The position numbers and the translations under genes are program-made. DNA of 64,000 nucleotides from Spirochaetales bacterium (GTDB taxonomy: Bacteria > Spirochaetota > Spirochaetia > Sphaerochaetales > Sphaerochaetaceae), in assembly GCA_012523305.1 (NCBI GenBank), contig JAAYIV010000141.1:5161-69160 (forward strand). Direction: 5' to 3'. This document shows, one piece after another, positions 58,597 to 64,000 of the stretch; position 1 is the stretch's first letter; every line of letters starts with the position of its first letter. A model generated the notes under the pieces. It had not been told where the DNA came from. It did no database searches and was given only the letters and a program-made list of their open reading frames with translations.

Positions 58597-59907
58597 ATGC
58601 AAAGGATAGCGACATTCAGGAAGGGTGGTGTACATCCGAGTGATAGAAAAGCATTGAGTTCTTCATGCGCAATCGAACAACTGCCGATGCCTGTCGAACT
58701 CATAGTCCCGCTTTCTCAACACCTCGGAGCACCGGCAACTGCACTAAAACAAAAAGGTGATACGGTTGAAATCGGAGAAAAAATAGGGAAAGCCTCTGGA
58801 TTTATCTCGGCTGACATCCATTCGCCTGCCACAGGAACCATCAAAGAAGTACGCAAAGTCACGTTGGCCAACAGTGTTGCATGTGATGCGTATGTGATTA
58901 CTGTGGATAATGATGCCGAACCAAAACAGTGGGAATATCATCCGTTCAGAGCACTTGATGCCCAAGAGATCCTGGCGATAGTCCAGGACATGGGAGTGGT
59001 CGGAACCGGTGGTGCAACATTTCCGACTCATGTAAAACTGATGGTCCCGAAAGGCAAGTCCGTAGATGCGTTGGTCGTGAACGGAGTTGAATGTGAACCG
59101 TACCTGACGGCGGATCATCGTCTGATGCTTGAAAAAACAGAACATATTCTTGACGGTATCATGATCGTGGCCCAGGCCACGAAACCTAAAAAGATTATCA
59201 TCGGCGTTGAAAATAACAAACCTGATGCCATCCAGGCTCTTCGTGCGGCGATCAATATGGCTGATTATCCGATTACTGTCGAACCGTTGAAGGTCAAATA
59301 CCCCCAAGGCGATGAAAAACAGTTACTCAAGGCGACCATCGGCAGAGAAATCCCATCGGGAAAACTTCCGATCGATGTCGGAGCGGTCGTACTGAACGTG
59401 GGTACCGCCTACGCAATCTTTGAAGCGGTAGTCCTTAGAAAACCCCTGATCGATAGGGTGGTGACAGTCAGCGGAGAAGCAATCTCAACACCAAAGAACC
59501 TGAGGGTTCCGATCGGCACCAAGGTGTTTGATTTGTTGAGTTTCTGCAACGGCACATCCCGCCAACCGGAAAAAATGATTTCAGGCGGCCCCATGATGGG
59601 CTTTGCATTCTTTGATGACCAGACTCCAGTCACTAAGGGCACGAGCGGCGTGCTGGCATTGGATCACCAGAAAGAACACGACGCACCGACAACCGCATGT
59701 ATTTCTTGTGGCAGGTGTGTGGCCGTATGTCCCATGGGATTGCAACCGACAAAATTAAATAAGTTGATCGAGCATGCACGATATGAAGATGCGATGAAGC
59801 TCAATCTCATGGATTGTAAGGAATGCGGGTGTTGCGCATATACATGTCCGGCACATCTTCCATTGGTCCATGCAATGAAAATTGGAAAAAAAATGGGGAG
59901 GAAATGA
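58597..59907 (+). CDS. rnfC: Rnf complex subunit C
   Basis: MQRIATFRKGGVHP, GGATFPTHVK, SGGPMMG and two 4Fe-4S motifs (CISCGRCVAVCP, CKECGCCAYTCP) are present. ATG 58597 follows AAGGAG. Confidence 0.95.
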   Translation: MQRIATFRKGGVHPSDRKALSSSCAIEQLPMPVELIVPLSQHLGAPATALKQKGDTVEIGEKIGKASGFISADIHSPATGTIKEVRKVTLANSVACDAYVITVDNDAEPKQWEYHPFRALDAQEILAIVQDMGVVGTGGATFPTHVKLMVPKGKSVDALVVNGVECEPYLTADHRLMLEKTEHILDGIMIVAQATKPKKIIIGVENNKPDAIQALRAAINMADYPITVEPLKVKYPQGDEKQLLKATIGREIPSGKLPIDVGAVVLNVGTAYAIFEAVVLRKPLIDRVVTVSGEAISTPKNLRVPIGTKVFDLLSFCNGTSRQPEKMISGGPMMGFAFFDDQTPVTKGTSGVLALDHQKEHDAPTTACISCGRCVAVCPMGLQPTKLNKLIEHARYEDAMKLNLMDCKECGCCAYTCPAHLPLVHAMKIGKKMGRK

Positions 59908-61002
59908 ATGGAAGCTCCAACTCTTGTCGTATCGTCATCACCCCATCTGCATGCGAAATCAAACACTTCTGCAATAATGTGGAATGTTTCGATAGCACTC
60001 GCACCCGCAGCTTTATGGGGCGTGTTCGCTTTCGGATTCAGAGCATTGTTGGTGTTGTGTGTTTCAATCGCTACCAGTGTTTTCACTGAATGGCTTCTGA
60101 ATCGTATTTCGAAAGAATTTACCATCCGGGACGGATCGGCGTTTCTCACCGGTTTGCTCATCGGAATGAACATGCCACCTGCGGTGCCTGTGTTCGTCCC
60201 GATACTAGCTTCGATTTTTGCCATAGCCGTTGCAAAATGGGTATTCGGAGGATTGGGTAGCAATTGGATCAATCCGGCACTAGCGGGCAGAGTCTTTGTG
60301 TTTTTCTCGTTTACCGGTCTTATGAGCAATTATTCTTTGCCTAGGTTCGTGCAGTCGGTTGATGGTATTTCTTCAGCAACTATGCTCACGACTATCAAAA
60401 TGCAAATCGGGGACAGTGCGATCCAGCAATTAAGCTCACCTGCGATTCTTTCCGAGATAGGATATCCTGCCAGTCAATTCAGCTTGAAAGTATCTCAGAT
60501 GCTAGGGGATGCTCTCTCTCCTTATACTATCGACGCTTTTTTCGGATTGGTCGGCGGCTCTATCGGGGAGATTTCGGCGATTTTACTGCTTATCGGTGCC
60601 ACCTACCTGTTAGCCAGAAAAATTATCACTTGGCATATCCCTGTCGCCTTCTTGGGAACATTCATTGTTTTTACTTGGATGTTCGGTGGATTGCGCAACG
60701 GGATGGGCTTGTTCACGGGAGATGTGATGTTGCCGCTCTTCAGCGGAGGGATGATGCTCGGAGCATTTTTCATGGCGACTGACATGGTCACTTCACCCAC
60801 TACCGCCAAAGGCATGATCATTTTCGGTACTGGTATAGGATTCTTCACGTTCCTGCTCAGGTATTTCGGATCGTTGCCGGAATCAGTATCCCTGGCAATC
60901 ATCATCATGAACATATTCACGCCAACCATTGAACGGTATGTGATGCCGAAGCGTTTCGGTGAAGTTGCGAAAAAATCCGTGAAAAAGAAGGAGGCCAAGT
61001 GA
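59908..61002 (+). CDS. rnfD: Rnf complex subunit D
   Basis: It is a polytopic membrane protein. SSSPH is at the N-terminus and the FMN-attachment region is FMATDMVTSP. Confidence 0.95.
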   Translation: MEAPTLVVSSSPHLHAKSNTSAIMWNVSIALAPAALWGVFAFGFRALLVLCVSIATSVFTEWLLNRISKEFTIRDGSAFLTGLLIGMNMPPAVPVFVPILASIFAIAVAKWVFGGLGSNWINPALAGRVFVFFSFTGLMSNYSLPRFVQSVDGISSATMLTTIKMQIGDSAIQQLSSPAILSEIGYPASQFSLKVSQMLGDALSPYTIDAFFGLVGGSIGEISAILLLIGATYLLARKIITWHIPVAFLGTFIVFTWMFGGLRNGMGLFTGDVMLPLFSGGMMLGAFFMATDMVTSPTTAKGMIIFGTGIGFFTFLLRYFGSLPESVSLAIIIMNIFTPTIERYVMPKRFGEVAKKSVKKKEAK

Positions 61003-61559
61003 TGAAGCGATTTCTTACTGTCGGCATGACACTTGCCCTCATCTGTGCCGTAGCGGCGACAACACTAGCTGCGGTGAATGCGATCACAAAAAACAAGATC
61101 ATCGCGTATGAACAAGAAGTGGTTGAAGATGCTTTGTCCGTTGTCGCAAAAGGTCTTGCCATCGGTCAGTTGAATCAATCGGAAGATCCTTCGATACTTG
61201 AATATTATCAACTGATGAACGCTTCGAATGGCATCGAAGGGTATATCGTAATGGTGCTGGGATCGGGCTACGGAGGTGAAATGACGGTACTTGCCAGCTA
61301 TGCTGTCGATGGCTCTGTGATGGCTGCAAAATTACTTGGCAATGCCGAAACCCCGGGACTTGGGAAAAAAGCAGAAGCAGACGGATACATGGACAAATTT
61401 ATCGGAACCGGTGGCAACAGTTCTCCCGTACCGGTGAAAAAAACTGAACTCGGCAATACTGATGCTGAGAGCATCAGCGGCGCTACCGTCACGTTCAGCG
61501 GGATCGCGAAAGCTCTCGCATATGGTTCTGCTTTCGTAACATCCATGGGGGGCAAGTAA
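60999..61559 (+). CDS. rnfG: Rnf complex subunit G
   Basis: It has an N-terminal anchor, ETPGLG and the FMN-binding ISGATVTF. Confidence 0.9.
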   Translation: MMKRFLTVGMTLALICAVAATTLAAVNAITKNKIIAYEQEVVEDALSVVAKGLAIGQLNQSEDPSILEYYQLMNASNGIEGYIVMVLGSGYGGEMTVLASYAVDGSVMAAKLLGNAETPGLGKKAEADGYMDKFIGTGGNSSPVPVKKTELGNTDAESISGATVTFSGIAKALAYGSAFVTSMGGK

Positions 61560-62188
61560 TGGCAAACGCACATCTAAAAGAATTCACCAAAGGTATTTTC
61601 AAGGAAAACCCCACCTTTATCATCATGCTTGGGTTATGTCCCACGTTAGGAGTTACCACCCAGGTGGTCAACGCCATAGGCATGGGTGCCGGGGTATTGT
61701 TCGTACTGTTATTTTCAAATATTTTCATCTCATTGCTGAAAAATGTAATCCCGAATAGTGTCCGTATCCCCGCATATATAGTAATCATCGCTTCATTCGT
61801 GACGATCGTTGAGATGGTGATGCACGCGTTTGCTCCCTCTCTCTACGAATCATTAGGGATATTTTTACCTCTCATCGTGGTAAATTGCATTATCCTCGGT
61901 CGGGCAGAGGCTTTCGCAAATAAAAATTCTGTTTTCGATTCGATTCTTGATGCGATAGGAATGAGTGTGGGGTTCACGCTGGCATTGTTACTCATCGCAG
62001 CATTGCGCGAAGGTCTTGGCGCAGGAACCTGGACGTTGTTTGCCATCGGATCGTTCGATGGGGTGATAAAGATTCCGGTTCTTTTCCAATATCCGATACG
62101 TATCATGACCCTCGCTGCGGGTGCGTTGTTGATCATGGGCTTCCTAAAGGCCTTCTTCAATTGGAAGACCGGAAGGAAGAGGGGGTAA
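61559..62188 (+). CDS. rnfE: Rnf complex subunit E
   Basis: GIFKENPTFIIMLGLCPTLGVTT and LGIFLPLIVVNCIILGRAEAFA are present. Confidence 0.95.
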   Translation: MANAHLKEFTKGIFKENPTFIIMLGLCPTLGVTTQVVNAIGMGAGVLFVLLFSNIFISLLKNVIPNSVRIPAYIVIIASFVTIVEMVMHAFAPSLYESLGIFLPLIVVNCIILGRAEAFANKNSVFDSILDAIGMSVGFTLALLLIAALREGLGAGTWTLFAIGSFDGVIKIPVLFQYPIRIMTLAAGALLIMGFLKAFFNWKTGRKRG

Positions 62189-62191
62189 ATC

Positions 62192-62782
62192 ATGGCTTAT
62201 ATCGGCATTGTAATCACCTACATTTTTATTAATAATTTCATTTTCACCCAATTCTTAGGCCTGTGTCCTTTTATAGGGGTTTCAAAAAATAGCGAATCTG
62301 CCTTGGGTATGGGTATGGCTGTTACCTTCGTTATGGGGTTGGCCTCACTTATCACATGGCTAGTCTATAACTTCCTCCTTGTTCCCCTTTCGCTTGAATA
62401 CCTGCAGACCCTATCATTTATCCTCGTCATCGCTGCTTTGGTGCAACTTGTCGAATTGGTTATCCAAAAGAATTCCCCCGCGCTTTACCAAGCCTTGGGA
62501 ATCTTTTTGCCGTTGATCACCACGAACTGCGCCGTATTGGGCATCGCCTTGATAAACATCACCCAAGGGTACAATCTGATGGAAAGCTTCACGGCTGGCA
62601 TCGCTGGCGGACTCGGATTCACCTTAGCGATCATCTTGATGAGCAATTTACGTGAAAAGCTTGATCTGCAACCGGTACGCAAATCGTTCAAGGGAGTTCC
62701 GATCGCATTCGTATCTGGGGGCTTGATGGCGCTTGCGTTCATGGCTTTCGATAAAGCCCTGCTCTCTAATTTACTCGGATAG
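62192..62782 (+). CDS. rnfA: Rnf complex subunit A
   Basis: NNFIFTQFLGLCPFIGVS and LGIFLPLITTNCAVLG are present. Confidence 0.95.
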   Translation: MAYIGIVITYIFINNFIFTQFLGLCPFIGVSKNSESALGMGMAVTFVMGLASLITWLVYNFLLVPLSLEYLQTLSFILVIAALVQLVELVIQKNSPALYQALGIFLPLITTNCAVLGIALINITQGYNLMESFTAGIAGGLGFTLAIILMSNLREKLDLQPVRKSFKGVPIAFVSGGLMALAFMAFDKALLSNLLG

Positions 62783-62791
62783 GATGAGGAC

Positions 62792-63589
62792 ATGGATATT
62801 TTAAACGCATTTTTAATAATTGGAGCCCTTGGATTGCTGCTCGGTCTGGGCTTAGCATACGCTGCTAAAAAATTCGCAGTGAAGAAAGATGAGAAGGCCG
62901 AAGATATACTGGCGATATTGCCCGGTGCGAATTGTGGCGGATGCGGATTCCCCGGATGCTCGGGGTATGCGGCAGCGCTCTCGGCCGGAACGGCACCGAA
63001 TGGATTGTGCCCTCCGGGAGGAGCTCCCGTGGCAGCTAAGGTGGCCAAAATCCTTGGAATCGAAGCAGAGGAAACAGCAGAAAGGATGGTTGCATTCGTC
63101 CATTGCCGCGGAAACCACGAATTGTCGCAACTTGATTACAAATATGATGGAATAGAGGATTGCAATGCTGCGGCTTTGTTATTCAAAGGAGATAATACGT
63201 GCAAATACGGATGTCTTCATCTCGGTTCCTGCATTAAAGTGTGTCCTACCGATGCGATAAGCAGGGATGAAAAAGGCAATATCATGGTCAATCCCGCATT
63301 GTGCATCGGTTGTAAGAAATGTACGTTGGTGTGTCCGACGAAAGTTATCAGGATGATTCCTGCCAGAGGTAGCCATGCGATCGCATGCAATAGCAACGAC
63401 CCGGGCGGAAAAGTAAGAAAAATTTGTCAAGTCGGATGTATCGGGTGTAAGATTTGCGAGAATAAATTTCCTGAATCGGGATGCAAAGTTGTGAATTTCC
63501 TTTCCGAAATCGATTATGCGAACCCCATGACACAGATCGTTCAGGCTGCCAAGGCCTGCCCGACAAAATGTATCGTGGAGGCAAAATAG
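62792..63589 (+). CDS. rnfB: Rnf complex subunit B (polyferredoxin)
   Basis: It has an N-terminal anchor, LPGANCGGCGFPGCSGYA and several CxxCxxCxxxCP ferredoxin motifs. Confidence 0.95.
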   Translation: MDILNAFLIIGALGLLLGLGLAYAAKKFAVKKDEKAEDILAILPGANCGGCGFPGCSGYAAALSAGTAPNGLCPPGGAPVAAKVAKILGIEAEETAERMVAFVHCRGNHELSQLDYKYDGIEDCNAAALLFKGDNTCKYGCLHLGSCIKVCPTDAISRDEKGNIMVNPALCIGCKKCTLVCPTKVIRMIPARGSHAIACNSNDPGGKVRKICQVGCIGCKICENKFPESGCKVVNFLSEIDYANPMTQIVQAAKACPTKCIVEAK

Positions 63590-63615
63590 AAAATTTTGGA
63601 TAAGATGGCGGTTTC

Positions 63616-64000
63616 ATGAAACTGATCGTAGGAGCTTACAGTCAATTGTCGGCCGGTACGCCAGCACCTATCCTTGAGAAGGTGCTGGCACATGTATACA
63701 AACCGTTATTGACGTATTTATACAAACATCCGCCTTTGAAACTCCATCTGTACATTTCCGCATTCATACTGGAATGGTTTGAAACCAACCATCCCGAGAT
63801 GAATATGCTTATTGCCGACCTCAGTAAAAAAGACCAGCTCGAACTTTTTTCAGGCGGGTATTACCAGCCAGTGTTCCAGATAATCCCAAGCAAAGACCGA
63901 TCCGCTCAGATTGAAGAACTCACCACATTCATAAGGAAACGATTCTCTAAACGGCCGAGATGCATCTGGTTATTCAACCAGATATGGAATCCGATGACCG
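63616..64000 (+). CDS. Glycoside hydrolase family 57-like protein, N-terminal fragment (runs off window end)
   Basis: The frame is open from ATG 63616 to the window end. QLELFSGGYYQPVFQIIPSKDRSAQIEEL resembles the GH57 motif (ELL.GGFYEPIL.LIP..D...QI). The expected N-terminal HQP-type motif is not obvious. Confidence 0.45.
   Translation, partial: MKLIVGAYSQLSAGTPAPILEKVLAHVYKPLLTYLYKHPPLKLHLYISAFILEWFETNHPEMNMLIADLSKKDQLELFSGGYYQPVFQIIPSKDRSAQIEELTTFIRKRFSKRPRCIWLFNQIWNPMT

Noticed and set aside
59664-60329. A 221-aa antisense ORF spanning the rnfC/rnfD junction. Similar long antisense ORFs occur at 24786-25313, 39195-39758, 58744-59307 and 62485-63048.
   Set aside because: All lie opposite strongly recognisable genes (rnfCD, ppdK, rimM/trmD, rnfC, rnfAB). 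They lack an RBS and recognisable domains. I treat them as frame artefacts.
1-64000. CRISPR arrays, IS elements or transposases, prophage genes, toxin-antitoxin pairs, restriction-modification or other defence systems, and secondary-metabolite clusters.
   Set aside because: I found no repeat-spacer arrays, no transposase, phage-integrase or capsid-like ORFs, and no paired small ORFs typical of TA modules. tRNA genes are not followed by integrase genes or direct repeats. Essentially every ORF above 150 aa is accounted for by a housekeeping function.

Overview
This 64 kb window looks like ordinary, densely packed chromosomal core DNA: about 62 CDS, 4 tRNAs and about 90% coding sequence.

**Content by function**
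- Cell division and envelope: the ftsA 3' end, ftsZ, a class B PBP, a LysM/M23 peptidase, murG and secA.
- Recombination and proteolysis: two Xer recombinases flanking a divergent dprA, then hslVU.
- Replication and chromosome: a holB-like gene, a dinG-like gene, smc and rnhB.
- Translation and RNA: ffh-rpsP-KH-rimM-trmD-rplS, rpmF-acpP-rnc, ileS, hisS, tsaD, thiI plus a cysteine desulfurase, a CCA enzyme, a pcnB-like gene and a DEAH helicase.
- Metabolism: ppdK, coaX, coaD, aroB and two M29 aminopeptidase paralogs.
- Energy: a complete rnfCDGEAB operon, followed by a partial GH57-like gene.

**Likely source.** Several traits fit a Spirochaetota (Treponema-like) genome. These are rpmF-acpP-rnc without fab genes, a stand-alone groES, a single-repeat PUR-alpha-like protein, PPDK, GH57, Rnf and a short SMC. 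I cannot verify this without a database search.

**What is absent.** I see no IS element, prophage, CRISPR array, toxin-antitoxin pair, defence island or biosynthetic cluster. I see no convincing novel multi-gene system.

**Best leads**
1. A near-consensus sigma-54 (-24/-12) promoter sits in front of a short RpoS-like sigma factor. A cytoplasmic PAS histidine kinase and a sigma-54 activator lie 3.3 kb away. This resembles the Borrelia Hk2-Rrp2-RpoN-RpoS cascade.
2. An flhF-type GTPase follows hslVU with no other flagellar genes nearby.
3. An uncharacterised P-loop (HprK/RapZ-like) plus Asp23-like fusion protein is divergent from the rnf operon.
4. One M29 aminopeptidase paralog appears to have lost its metal ligands.
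5. The SMC has no hinge that I can recognise.

All functional calls come from motif recognition by eye, and start codons are best guesses.
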